DNA of 64,000 nt from a virus (taxonomy: Duplodnaviria; Heunggongvirae; Uroviricota; Caudoviricetes): IMG/VR virus record IMGVR_UViG_2654587728_000014, positions 5,853 to 69,852 of that record. One strand, given 5' to 3'. Made by a program: the position numbers and the translations under genes. Positions 38,039-47,330 of the stretch are shown piece by piece; position 1 is the stretch's first letter; the number at the start of each line of letters is the position of its first letter. The notes beneath the pieces were generated by a model, which saw nothing but the letters and a program-made list of their open reading frames with translations, was not told the DNA's origin and searched no databases.

Positions 38039-39489
38039 TTATGGGAAACCTGAATGAAACAGAAAAGTGGGAAGAAAATATCTATCAACTGGAGACATCA
38101 GATCCGGTTCTGGGTGGTGCAGACGGGATATCAAATCGAGCCCCCCGGCAACTGGCAAACAGGACGAAATGGCTGAAGAAAAAAACGGAGGAAGCCGCAC
38201 AGTCACTGGCTGAACACGTACGTTCCCGTAACCACCCGGACGCGACACTGACAGCTAAGGGGTTCACCCAACTGAGCAGTGCCACCAACAGCACCTCTGA
38301 AACGCTGGCCGCCACACCAAAGGCCGTCAAGGCTGCATATGACCTGGCTGCCGGCAAGGCCCCCGTCAGCCATACTCACCCGTGGAGTCAGATAACGGGA
38401 GTGCCTGCTGCCTCGCTGACGGCAAAAGGCACCGTACAACTGAGCAGCGCCACGGACAGTCAATCAGAAACTGAGGCTGCCACGCCGAAGGCGGTCAAGG
38501 CTGCATACGACCTTGCAGCCGGCAAGGCGCCCGTCAGCCACACTCACCCGTGGAGTCAGATAACGGGAGTGCCTGCTGCCTCGCTGACGGCAAAAGGCAC
38601 CGTACAACTGAGCAGCGCCACGGACAGTCAATCAGAAACTGAGGCTGCCACGCCGAAGGCGGTCAAGGCTGCATACGACCTTGCAGCCGGCAAGGCGCCC
38701 GTCAGCCACACTCACCCGTGGAGTCAGATAACGGGAGTGCCTGCTGCCTCGCTGACGGCAAAAGGCACCGTACAATTGAGCAGTGCCATCAACAGCACGT
38801 CTGAAATACTGGCCGCCACACCGAAAGCGGTCAAGGCTGCATACGATCTGGCAAACGGAAAACAACCGGCAGATGCCACGCTCACTGCTCTGGCAGGACT
38901 TGCCACTGCAGCAGATCGGTTGCCTTATTTTACCGGAGCAGACCGCGCAGAGCTGGCAACCCTTACAGCTATTGGTCGCGCTATTATCGCTAAGGGCAGT
39001 ATAAAAGATGTCCTCAATTACCTTGGTTTGGGGGAAGGCTCTGCATTGCCTGTTGGTGTACCGGTTCCATGGCCCACCGCCACACCGCCAGCAGGCTGGT
39101 TACAGTGCAACGGAGCTACGTTCACCAAAGAACAATATCCTGTTCTGGCCAGAGTCTACCCGACCCTCCGTCTTCCCGATTTGCGCGGTGAGTTTATCCG
39201 TGGATGGGACGGTGGTCGCAAGGTTGATACCGGGCGTGCGCTACTTTCATTTCAGGAAGGGACTATCGTATCCGGTTTTGATGATAATGATACCGGAGAT
39301 ATCAGTTCGCTCGGCTCTACACAATACGGATTTGGTGACGCTTTAACCTCTAATCAACTGGGGGTCTTAAATGGCAAAAAGTGGATATTTGATGCATCCT
39401 CTAAAGGTGCACAAAGATATGACTGGTGGGCTTATGTATCAGCTCGCCCCCGCAATATCGCATTTAACTATATCGTGAGGGCGGCGTGA
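38035..39489 (+). CDS. tail-fibre protein of the Mu-like prophage
   Basis: 484 aa; three 56-aa shaft repeats; C-terminal NYLGLGEGSALPVGVPVPWPTATPPAGWL...RPRNIAFNYIVRAA shared with the P2-like H gene; no tfa gene follows on this strand. Confidence 0.85.
   Translation: MIMGNLNETEKWEENIYQLETSDPVLGGADGISNRAPRQLANRTKWLKKKTEEAAQSLAEHVRSRNHPDATLTAKGFTQLSSATNSTSETLAATPKAVKAAYDLAAGKAPVSHTHPWSQITGVPAASLTAKGTVQLSSATDSQSETEAATPKAVKAAYDLAAGKAPVSHTHPWSQITGVPAASLTAKGTVQLSSATDSQSETEAATPKAVKAAYDLAAGKAPVSHTHPWSQITGVPAASLTAKGTVQLSSAINSTSEILAATPKAVKAAYDLANGKQPADATLTALAGLATAADRLPYFTGADRAELATLTAIGRAIIAKGSIKDVLNYLGLGEGSALPVGVPVPWPTATPPAGWLQCNGATFTKEQYPVLARVYPTLRLPDLRGEFIRGWDGGRKVDTGRALLSFQEGTIVSGFDDNDTGDISSLGSTQYGFGDALTSNQLGVLNGKKWIFDASSKGAQRYDWWAYVSARPRNIAFNYIVRAA
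38251..38880. repeat. tandem 168-bp coding repeats (~3.7 copies) in the tail-fibre gene
   Basis: Copies at about 38419-38586 and 38587-38754 look identical by eye; flanking copies diverged; each encodes TAKG..QLSSA..S.SET.AATPKAVKAAYDLA..K.PVSHTHPWSQITGVPAASL. Confidence 0.7.
39011..39036. other. gix/hix-like motif in the Mu-like fibre gene
   Basis: TCCTCAATTACCTTGGTTTGGGGGAA; its GGTTTGGGGGAA half is the reverse complement of the TTCCCCCAAACC half at 2134. Confidence 0.3.
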
Positions 39490-39495
39490 TACCGT

Positions 39496-40110
39496 TCAGC
39501 CGGCAAGCGCCAGTGGCGCTTCCGGCCAGCTGATTTCAGGTGCCTTGCTGATATCCAGTGCGTTCAGCTCGTCGATATAATCCAGCACGGCGTTCAGTTT
39601 TGCCGTTTCTTCTGGTTTCAGACTGCGACCAGCACGCAGTTTGAGGTTGATAAGATCGACGGACGCCATCGCCTGTTTCACCCGTTGCTGGCGTTGCTGT
39701 CTGGCAACCTCCAGTTCTGCGGCTCGCTGCCGTTCAGTATCGGTTACCCACGCCTCACCGTTCCAGGTATCCCATGGCGTGGCTGGCTGTTTTGTGGTGG
39801 TGTCCGCCGGGTAATCACCCGGTTGGGTAATCAGAACGGGGTTACCGTTCTCCGTGCTGTATACCGTCTCGCCGCGGTGATCAGGCACATGCTCCCACCC
39901 GTTCAGCGTGGCAGTCCGGCAAACCACGTAACCCGAAATTGCTTCCGGCGGTGCATCGGCGCACGAATGTGCCGGAGTACCCACCCCAAGGGCGAGATAC
40001 TCCACAGAGGATGAGGTGTATTCCCGGGTTTCCTCGTCATAGTGATATACAGTGATATCGCCCGCTACAGTGGCGATACCGTTTTCATCCAGAACTGCAG
40101 TGTTACTCAT
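39496..40110 (-). CDS. tail-fibre assembly protein (P2 G-like)
   Basis: 204 aa homologous to the Tfa at 196-789; start overlaps the H stop. Confidence 0.8.
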   Translation of the reverse strand: MSNTAVLDENGIATVAGDITVYHYDEETREYTSSSVEYLALGVGTPAHSCADAPPEAISGYVVCRTATLNGWEHVPDHRGETVYSTENGNPVLITQPGDYPADTTTKQPATPWDTWNGEAWVTDTERQRAAELEVARQQRQQRVKQAMASVDLINLKLRAGRSLKPEETAKLNAVLDYIDELNALDISKAPEISWPEAPLALAG

Positions 40111-41759
40111 TAAACTGCCCTCACAATGTAATTAAGTGCAATGCTACGGGGTCTGACAGTGATACCCTTCGCATACCCGCTTCTGATAGAGGTCAGAATA
40201 GTAGCCTGCATACCATTGTCTGACATTGCCACGACAGGATCGCTGAATGTTGTCCCGTCCGGCATTTTAAAGCTGCCCTCACGAAGGTCTGTAATGGAAT
40301 CTTCATTGTTGAATCCCATGCCGACTATCCCCGAGGTTCCCGTAGTGTCCTGGTTATAATAATCCAGCATTGCTGTTCTTAACAGCGTTGCCCCTTGTGC
40401 GGACAGCAACTTACGTCCTGTATCAACTTTGCGCCCGTCGTCCCATCCACGGATAAACTCACCGCGTAAATCGGGAAGACGGAGGGTCGGGTAGACTCTG
40501 GCCAGAACAGGATATTGTTCTTTTGTAAAGGCGCGCCCGTCGCACTTTAACCAGCCTGCTGGCGGTGTGGCGGTGGGCCACGGAACAGGCACACCAACGG
40601 GTAGCGCCGAGCCTTCTCCTAAACCAAGGTAATCAAGAACTCCCTGAGTGCTGGTTTTACCAAGAATGGCACGTCCAACACTTGTCAACGCGGTTAACGC
40701 GGCACGATCTGCCCCTGTAAAATATGGGAGTTTATCTGCTGATGTAGCAAGCTCCGCCAGCGCCGTCAGGGTGGCATCCTTCGGTTGCTTACCCGCAAGC
40801 GCGTTAGTCATGGTGGTCGCAAAATTCGGGTCATTGCCCAGCGCTGCAGCCAGTTCGTTCAGCGTGTTCAGTGCATCAGGTGACGAATCTACAAGTGCGG
40901 CAATCGCAGCCATAACGAAAGCCGTGCTTGCGATCTGGGCACTATTAGTCCCCTGTGGCGCTGTTGGTGTTGTTGGCGTTCCGGTCAGTGCCGGGCTGTT
41001 TAATGGTGCTTTCTTGTTCGTTTCATCCATTACCGCCTTAACAGCTTTTGGTGTCGCTGCCAGCGTTTCAGACGTGCTGTTCGTGGCGCTACTGAGCTGA
41101 ACAATCCCTTTTTGTGTAGTGGTGGCGTTCTGGGCGGTATATTTCCCGTTAGCCAGGTCATATGCAGCCTTAACCGCTTTCGGTGTTGCGGCCAGTGTTT
41201 CTGATTCACTGTTAATTGCACTGCTTAACTGAGTAAAACCTTTTACGGTCAGCGAGGCGTCCGGGTGACGTCGTGACTGTTCGTGCTCTGATATTTTATC
41301 ATCCACATATTTGCGGGTTGCCAGAACCACAGACGGGTCGATTTTCAGCGTGATGGCTTCGGTGTTCGTGACAACCAGAATCATGCGGATAGTCTGGGTG
41401 CGTCCACTGCCTTCCTGCAACTGCGGTTTGTACGTTTCCGGGCAGTTTGCCACCGCAATGAGTGCACCTTCATCATCATAAAGACCAATCTCACGGATCC
41501 AGAATCCTCCCTCGTTTTCAGGGATGATTTGCTCCGCAATAATCTGGCTCTGATTGTTAGGGTCAACACTCAGAAGATTCAGCGGTGCAATGCGTTTCTG
41601 GTTAATCAGTTTTGTTTGTGCAGGGTCTGGTGTTGGTAACACACCATTTGCATCACCAACGGCCATTTGCGTCAGATTCAGCTTACTGCCGAGCATCGTC
41701 GCGTTAGCCAGTCGTGCTGCGCCCTGATTAGTCAGAATGGCGTAGTATTTCACTGTCAT
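40110..41759 (-). CDS. tail-fibre protein (P2 H-like)
   Basis: 549 aa; N-terminus MTVKYYAILTNQGAARLA with WIREIGLYDDEGALIAVAN matches the P2 gpH N-domain as remembered; C-terminal region shared with the other fibres. Confidence 0.85.
   Translation of the reverse strand: MTVKYYAILTNQGAARLANATMLGSKLNLTQMAVGDANGVLPTPDPAQTKLINQKRIAPLNLLSVDPNNQSQIIAEQIIPENEGGFWIREIGLYDDEGALIAVANCPETYKPQLQEGSGRTQTIRMILVVTNTEAITLKIDPSVVLATRKYVDDKISEHEQSRRHPDASLTVKGFTQLSSAINSESETLAATPKAVKAAYDLANGKYTAQNATTTQKGIVQLSSATNSTSETLAATPKAVKAVMDETNKKAPLNSPALTGTPTTPTAPQGTNSAQIASTAFVMAAIAALVDSSPDALNTLNELAAALGNDPNFATTMTNALAGKQPKDATLTALAELATSADKLPYFTGADRAALTALTSVGRAILGKTSTQGVLDYLGLGEGSALPVGVPVPWPTATPPAGWLKCDGRAFTKEQYPVLARVYPTLRLPDLRGEFIRGWDDGRKVDTGRKLLSAQGATLLRTAMLDYYNQDTTGTSGIVGMGFNNEDSITDLREGSFKMPDGTTFSDPVVAMSDNGMQATILTSIRSGYAKGITVRPRSIALNYIVRAV
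40614..40639. other. gix/hix-like motif in the H gene
   Basis: TTCTCCTAAACCAAGGTAATCAAGAA; left half identical to site 1 at 1695; inverted relative to the motif at 39011. Confidence 0.3.
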
Positions 41760-42397
41760 GCGTTTACTCTCAGATTATCAATTAAATGAATGGCCGGGGC
41801 AGGGAAATAATCCCCTTCGACAATAATGGACTCCGGGGTGTAGGGATAAACCGTCAGGGCATCGCCGTGATAGCATCCCGTACCAACGAAAATCTTTCCG
41901 TTCACACTCAGGCTGATCGCCAGCCCCGTCAGATGGCGACTTACTGGTTTTGCATCCGCAATAAGGCGCTCAAGTTCCTGATACATTTCATCGGTGATGC
42001 CCTGATCAAGTACTCCGACAACAATGCGAAATGTTCCTGGCTCCTCGTTGAGTTGCCACCACTCCTTTACTTCAATCAGGTAGCCGAGAGGCTCCACGGC
42101 TCTTCGCAGTGCGCTGATGGTCCCTTTGTGTCGGTGTATCAGCCATGCATCACGAATTACCTGTCGCTTTGTCTCTTCCGGCCAGTTGCGATCCCAGCGG
42201 TCAACGGAAAACGCCCAGGCGAGATAAGGCAGCAGATGCACCGGGCAGGTGTCCGGCGACCACAGCGTGTTGAGGTCTACCGGAATGTCTGTAATGCGTG
42301 TTCCGACGGCTTCGGCACAACGCATGAAATTGCTGGCTGATGGTGGTAACAGTGAATTACTCATTGCGTCCACCTTCGCTGATGGTGAATGACTCAC
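41756..42397 (-). CDS. tail protein I (P2 gpI-like)
   Basis: Position between J and H. Confidence 0.7.
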   Translation of the reverse strand: MSHSPSAKVDAMSNSLLPPSASNFMRCAEAVGTRITDIPVDLNTLWSPDTCPVHLLPYLAWAFSVDRWDRNWPEETKRQVIRDAWLIHRHKGTISALRRAVEPLGYLIEVKEWWQLNEEPGTFRIVVGVLDQGITDEMYQELERLIADAKPVSRHLTGLAISLSVNGKIFVGTGCYHGDALTVYPYTPESIIVEGDYFPAPAIHLIDNLRVNA

Positions 42398-43253
42398 AGC
42401 GCGCCGCCTGTATGTCGCTGATGGTCATATTCTGTGTGGGTTCGATTATCTCCACGCGTTGCACACCGTGCACATGCAGTGCGGCAGCAATGGCGGACAA
42501 CGCCACGTCCTGACCGATAAGCCCCTGCTCAGCCAGCCACTTCCTGAACGACGATTCAGCCGCGGCCAGAATAGGTTCGGATTCCGGGCCGGGGTAAAAG
42601 TACAGTTTTGCATTCAGCCGCCATGTCACGATTCTGGCGCTCTGTACGGTCAGGCGGTCGGCCACCGGGCGGGTATCCTCTGCATTCAGAACGGCGCGAA
42701 CGGTATTAAGCAACGCCTCCGTTGCTGTGCCGTCGCCTTCAGTGGACAGGATGGAAACCGTCACATTTGCCGGAGACGGACTGATAGCCCGCGCATCACG
42801 CACCAGACCGCTGGCGCTGCGGGCAAAATACTCGTATGCACCTGACGGGCCAGCAACACTCAGGCCATCGTACGCCCGCTGTGCCCGCAGTCTCAGCGAG
42901 GTGTCACTTTCCATCACTGCGTCGGTGGTATCCGTTGCCGGAGTGATGGTCAGGCGCTTTGTGTTCATATTGCCCGCGAGGTTGTCCAGGTCTGTCCCGG
43001 CGCTGTGGCTTAACATGCAGGCGTGTGCCCCCTCATTGACCCGCTGGCGTAACAGCATTTCACGAAACGCTGTTGTCTGGGCGATAACGTTCAGGGGTTC
43101 CGATTCCAGCTCCAGCGCGGCGGAGACGGCTTCACGCTGTTCGGCGGGATAAGCCGCAATCATCATGGCCTTTGTGTCAGCCAGAATTGCCTCAAAGTCA
43201 GGCTCCGCGATGATGGCGGGTTCCGGTAACTGGGAAAGGTCAACGGCGGGCAT
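42357..43253 (-). CDS. baseplate assembly protein J
   Basis: 298 aa; size and position as P2 gpJ. Confidence 0.75.
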   Translation of the reverse strand: MPAVDLSQLPEPAIIAEPDFEAILADTKAMMIAAYPAEQREAVSAALELESEPLNVIAQTTAFREMLLRQRVNEGAHACMLSHSAGTDLDNLAGNMNTKRLTITPATDTTDAVMESDTSLRLRAQRAYDGLSVAGPSGAYEYFARSASGLVRDARAISPSPANVTVSILSTEGDGTATEALLNTVRAVLNAEDTRPVADRLTVQSARIVTWRLNAKLYFYPGPESEPILAAAESSFRKWLAEQGLIGQDVALSAIAAALHVHGVQRVEIIEPTQNMTISDIQAARCESFTISEGGRNE

Positions 43254-43256
43254 GAT

Positions 43257-43607
43257 TTACTCCTTCAGCGTGATGGTTAACTCAACATTCTGCATGGTCT
43301 GCATGACAGTGCCCGACAGCGTCACCCCGGCGCGGCCTCCCGCTTTCCAGACAACGTCGATGGCGTCCAGGGCAATGCGGGGTTCCCATCGTGTCAGCGC
43401 AATCACGGCAGCACTCATGCATTGCAGACGAGTTGTGTTATTCATGGGTTCGTCAATCAAATCAGGCACAAGGCTGCCATATTCCCGTCGCATAACCCGG
43501 CTTGCCAGCGGGGTGATCAGGATGTCCCTGACTGACTGTTTCAGGTGCTCCATATCGTTCAGGTTTCCCGTCCCGTCCGGATTCATTCCTGTGTAGCGGG
43601 TTGTCAC
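43257..43607 (-). CDS. baseplate protein W
   Basis: 116 aa gp25-like. Confidence 0.7.
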   Translation of the reverse strand: MTTRYTGMNPDGTGNLNDMEHLKQSVRDILITPLASRVMRREYGSLVPDLIDEPMNNTTRLQCMSAAVIALTRWEPRIALDAIDVVWKAGGRAGVTLSGTVMQTMQNVELTITLKE

Positions 43608-44185
43608 TGCGGGCCTCCTGTCGAATCGCTGCCACCTTTAACGCCACCGTGCTTATGCGTATGCACTGTGATGCCGTTTGAGGTGAAATCGCCGCCGCTG
43701 TGCGTGATATTGCCGCTCATCTTTCCCCCTTTTGTGACGTCAAGCGTCGCTGTTCTCAGAAGGTCTGTGCATTCCACGACGGGCGTATCCAGTGTCACGC
43801 TGACGGATGCCTGCAGGGTGGCTGTTTTCATGCCGCTGGCGCTCAGTGCGCCTGCGTCCGTGTCGTAGCGGAACACCGCGCCATCCGGCGCGCTGATCAC
43901 GATTTCTTTCAGGCTTTTGCCGGGGGCCGGACTGGCATCACTCCACAGGCTGCCAATTATCATGGCGGTTTCCGGGTTGCCGCCAATGCAGGCAATTACC
44001 ACCTGTTCGCCTGGTGATGGCGGCAGCCACACATTGAAGGCTCCCGCGCGCGTGGTGTTCCAGCGCAGCCAGCCTGTTTCCAGTTCGCCGCTGCGAACGC
44101 GCACGCACCAGGATTCCTCATCAACTTCAGAGATGATCCCGGTACGGATGATGTTGCTCAGCAGTCGCATGAGTTCTGCGCTCAC
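43604..44185 (-). CDS. baseplate spike protein V
   Basis: 193 aa. Confidence 0.7.
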   Translation of the reverse strand: MSAELMRLLSNIIRTGIISEVDEESWCVRVRSGELETGWLRWNTTRAGAFNVWLPPSPGEQVVIACIGGNPETAMIIGSLWSDASPAPGKSLKEIVISAPDGAVFRYDTDAGALSASGMKTATLQASVSVTLDTPVVECTDLLRTATLDVTKGGKMSGNITHSGGDFTSNGITVHTHKHGGVKGGSDSTGGPQ

Positions 44186-44826
44186 CGTACAGCCTCCGCA
44201 ATCCGGCCCAGCACCGTGTTATAAATCAGGCGCTCATCTGCCTGGCTGATACCCAGCAGCTCACGTACCGGGTAATCGGTGAAAATGCCCGGCGCAACCT
44301 GATCGCGCTCACCGAACTGATGAACGCGTGCAATACGTGCGGCCACGCCGCTGTAACCCACCGTCACACCGGAAGCATCTGCACGGGCTTTCAGGTAGCG
44401 GGCGGTGCGCAGTTTTACGAACATGGGGACGCGCTTTGTGCTGTCCTGGTTGATGCGCCGGGTGCGTATTTCCAGAAAACGGTCGATGTCATCCCGGTAA
44501 AACGTGCGGATATTGTTTTTATCCTCATCCCACCCGGTAATGGTTCGCCCGTATTTCCCCGTGTCGTGATGCCAGTTTTTCAGCGTGCGTGCTTCGTTAT
44601 TCCAGATAAAGCGAATGCGCTCCTGTATCCGGGTTACGCGGCGTCTGCGTGGTGTCCATGCGGTCCCGTCCGGCGCTTTCTGTGACCGGATGCGCGCCTG
44701 CTGGGCGCGGCGTAAATCCTGTGCCAGCTTTCTGGCGATGTTATTGATGGCCTGCTGATTCAGGCTGTCGCGGATGGCCTCAAAGGTTTCATCCACACGG
44801 GTGAATGCCTTATCCATCGCTTTCAC
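44182..44826 (-). CDS. tail completion / virion morphogenesis protein (P2 gpS-like)
   Basis: Position between R and V. Confidence 0.5.
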   Translation of the reverse strand: MKAMDKAFTRVDETFEAIRDSLNQQAINNIARKLAQDLRRAQQARIRSQKAPDGTAWTPRRRRVTRIQERIRFIWNNEARTLKNWHHDTGKYGRTITGWDEDKNNIRTFYRDDIDRFLEIRTRRINQDSTKRVPMFVKLRTARYLKARADASGVTVGYSGVAARIARVHQFGERDQVAPGIFTDYPVRELLGISQADERLIYNTVLGRIAEAVR

Positions 44827-45277
44827 CCCACGTCACATCCTGGAATATATGCGACCAGTCGCCTTCGGAAGATGGCAGACGGGGTTTTGGCTCCGGCAGG
44901 TGCTCTGCCTGCGGTGTCCCCTGACTGCTGCGCGTAATGCGAACGCGTTCCCGCAGGGGGAGCGTAAACAGGAGATCGGCGCTGTCATCGTCATTGATAA
45001 CGGCGGAGAATTTGATGTCCTGATTACGCTCCGGATTGAGCAACAACTGTGGCTGATTTTCGGATAACCACGCCAGTAGCGGCAGCGTGAGGTCGTCCAG
45101 CTCCCCGGCGTAATCCATGACAAACATCACCATCTGATAGCGGTAAACAAACGAGGGCGTTTCTCCGGTCGTTTCAATGTTGCCGCTCTCCACGAAAATG
45201 GTGAATTTTTCCGGGTTGGCCTGACACCATCGGCATGAACGGGTCATGGCTTCACGCAGGGAATCAGTTTTCAGCAT
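44810..45277 (-). CDS. tail completion protein (P2 gpR-like)
   Basis: 155 aa, same size as P2 gpR. Confidence 0.55.
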   Translation of the reverse strand: MLKTDSLREAMTRSCRWCQANPEKFTIFVESGNIETTGETPSFVYRYQMVMFVMDYAGELDDLTLPLLAWLSENQPQLLLNPERNQDIKFSAVINDDDSADLLFTLPLRERVRITRSSQGTPQAEHLPEPKPRLPSSEGDWSHIFQDVTWGESDG

Positions 45278-45584
45278 GGTTGTTGTCCTCGTTGTTCAGT
45301 CGTTGCAGTCTGCGCTGTTCCAGTAATTCAATGGCCCGTTTATCCGCGTTACAGGTTTCCAGTGCATCCAGAAGGCGGTCGCCCCATATACCGAGATTTC
45401 CCCATGTGGGAGTGTCAGGGAAGGGGGGAGGCGTTACCGGTATGGTCAGCGTCTGCGGTATAAGCCGGACTGACGGCGCTGGCCGTGGCGCGTTCTGCGT
45501 GCCTGCGCAACCTGTCAGTAAAACGAGCATCAGACAAAGCGTGGGCGCATTCATCTTTTGCAATATCGTTGCGTAGCTGTTCAC
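45264..45584 (-). CDS. o-spanin lipoprotein (P2 LysC-like)
   Basis: Lipobox LLTGCAG after a signal sequence; overlaps the 3' part of the i-spanin gene in another frame. Confidence 0.5.
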   Translation of the reverse strand: MNSYATILQKMNAPTLCLMLVLLTGCAGTQNAPRPAPSVRLIPQTLTIPVTPPPFPDTPTWGNLGIWGDRLLDALETCNADKRAIELLEQRRLQRLNNEDNNHAEN

Positions 45585-45822
45585 GTCTGGCTTCTCCGTC
45601 CTGATTGCGTTGCTGATTTTCCACGCGGAGTTGCGCCAGCACCTGCTGCATATCCTGTACCCCGGTGCTGATGATATTCAGGGTGTCGACGGTACTTTTC
45701 AGGGTGCTGGCCTGCGCTTCGTTTCTGGCGTTCTCCCGGCCCAGCGACCACGACAGACGTATGGATGTTCCCCATGCGGCAATCAGAAGGAAAGCGACAC
45801 CCAGCGTGGGCCAGAGCTTCAT
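45415..45822 (-). CDS. i-spanin (P2 LysB-like)
   Basis: Start MKLWPTLGVAFLLIAAWG (TM helix) overlapping the endolysin stop as ATGA; coiled-coil periplasmic domain. Confidence 0.5.
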   Translation of the reverse strand: MKLWPTLGVAFLLIAAWGTSIRLSWSLGRENARNEAQASTLKSTVDTLNIISTGVQDMQQVLAQLRVENQQRNQDGEARREQLRNDIAKDECAHALSDARFTDRLRRHAERATASAVSPAYTADADHTGNASPLP

Positions 45823-46211
45823 GCCGGATAGGCTCCGTGTGGTAACTGAAAATGCGGTCCGTCTTTCAGGGTCTTCCAGTCGCCGCCCCATTCCACCGGA
45901 ATATTCAGTTCCCGGCTGGCCTGTCTGAATGCTGCTGCGATTTTTTCGTACAGCGACCATTCCCATGACACCTGGCTGCCGATATAAGCCACAACATCCA
46001 CGGCATGCCCCGTAAGGTGGCGGCTGTTCATGGTCTGGCTCTTACCCGTGGCCACCAGTTGCTTCTGGCGGTAACGGCTGCGCAACCCTTCGGTGATACC
46101 AAAATCCACTTCCGAGATTTCCAGTGCCCGTCGGGTCACTTTCACCAGATCAGGATTTACGCCCTGCAAATTCTTTTCGCTCCGGCTGCTGAATTTAAAT
46201 GTGTTGCTCAT
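45819..46211 (-). CDS. endolysin, peptidase M15-like
   Basis: 130 aa; SRHLTGHAVDV and WGGDW...GPHFQL resemble the Zn-binding motifs of M15 peptidases. Confidence 0.55.
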   Translation of the reverse strand: MSNTFKFSSRSEKNLQGVNPDLVKVTRRALEISEVDFGITEGLRSRYRQKQLVATGKSQTMNSRHLTGHAVDVVAYIGSQVSWEWSLYEKIAAAFRQASRELNIPVEWGGDWKTLKDGPHFQLPHGAYPA

Positions 46212-46531
46212 TCGTCCTTCTCCTTCACCCTGCGATTAAAGGCCGCAATAACCTTGTCGCGTGCTTTCTCTGCCCCCATAAAACCGATTGATGCGCCGAT
46301 AAACGTCACGGCATCTTCAGGAAAACCGAAGAAGCGCAACGACCCGGCCACGGCCATGGCAAGAACGCCGCACGCCAGCGATCCCGTTACGGTCTGAACC
46401 AGTGTTCGTCCGTCATAAAGACTCATCAGCGCGGAAATGCTGACCGCCGCGCCTACTGCATACACCGTTGGCAGGTGGTCAAAGAGCCATGCAATAACCT
46501 GCTCTGTGATCCCTGTTTGAATGGTGCTCAC
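46208..46531 (-). CDS. putative holin
   Basis: About 108 aa with two or three TM helices directly upstream of the endolysin; start codon uncertain. Confidence 0.4.
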   Translation of the reverse strand: MSTIQTGITEQVIAWLFDHLPTVYAVGAAVSISALMSLYDGRTLVQTVTGSLACGVLAMAVAGSLRFFGFPEDAVTFIGASIGFMGAEKARDKVIAAFNRRVKEKDE

Positions 46532-46533
46532 TG

Positions 46534-46734
46534 CTACTCCCCCCACAACGGAATCATTTCTCGTTTCTTCTTCTCCGGCTCCGGCATCTCCACTTCCTGC
46601 CCGGCGTCCAGAAATACCTGCTGACAGAGTCCGGGGTTGGCATCCAGCACCTTTTCGGTGACGCCCTGCGTCGTGCCGTAGTACCGGAAACAGAGCGAAT
46701 CCACGGTGTCGCCTTCCAGTGCCTTTACTTTCAT
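46534..46734 (-). CDS. tail protein X (LysM-like)
   Basis: GDTVDSLCFRYYGTTQG pattern typical of P2 gpX. Confidence 0.5.
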   Translation of the reverse strand: MKVKALEGDTVDSLCFRYYGTTQGVTEKVLDANPGLCQQVFLDAGQEVEMPEPEKKKREMIPLWGE

Positions 46735-47237
46735 CAGCACAACTCCGCAAAGATTCGCGGACGGCACAGAATGTCAGAGATGGCCCAGCTCACATCACGC
46801 CACAAATCCGATGTCTGTATATCCAGTGCGTCCGCCCGGCGGTCGCCCTTGTCCGTTGTGTCCGCATCGCGGTAACGCTCCAGAATCAGGGCGCGTGTGG
46901 CGGTGTAAACCGCATTGCGCCAGTGCCAGAGATTGACACTTTCTCCGTTAATTACGGGTGCCGGAACATCGGCCAGCGTCTGATGGCCAGCCGCCTGCTG
47001 TTCCTGCTGCCATGCTTCCAGCTCGCGGGTAACATGTGCCACAGCCCCGGTGGCGGTATGCAGCAGACGGGAGGTGGTCACACGGCCCGGCAGTCGTACC
47101 GCCAGACGCAGCTCACGCAGCACAATATCCGGCCAGAATGCACCCGCTGAAATACGGGTATCACCATCATCGGTATCGGTGATGTCGTCCTCTGCGGGGC
47201 CGGGGTTGGTTCTGGCAACCATACTCATGGGGTTCAC
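46734..47237 (-). CDS. head completion protein (P2 gpL-like)
   Basis: 167 aa, position after M. Confidence 0.65.
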   Translation of the reverse strand: MNPMSMVARTNPGPAEDDITDTDDGDTRISAGAFWPDIVLRELRLAVRLPGRVTTSRLLHTATGAVAHVTRELEAWQQEQQAAGHQTLADVPAPVINGESVNLWHWRNAVYTATRALILERYRDADTTDKGDRRADALDIQTSDLWRDVSWAISDILCRPRIFAELC

Positions 47238-47330
47238 TCCTGAAAAAAATCGGGCGGTGGGTGCGCGGTGTAAACGGTCACGGAGTCAAACCGGAACACC
47301 GCGCACGCCGCCCGCTGACGGGGTCAGTCG

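Noticed and set aside
39011-40639. Treating the Mu-like fibre and P2-like H-G as one ordinary single-phage invertible segment
   Set aside because: Both fibre genes have complete, different N-terminal domains and are each preceded by their own baseplate genes, so they belong to two separate tail modules; the arrangement is reported as an inter-prophage unit in the findings.
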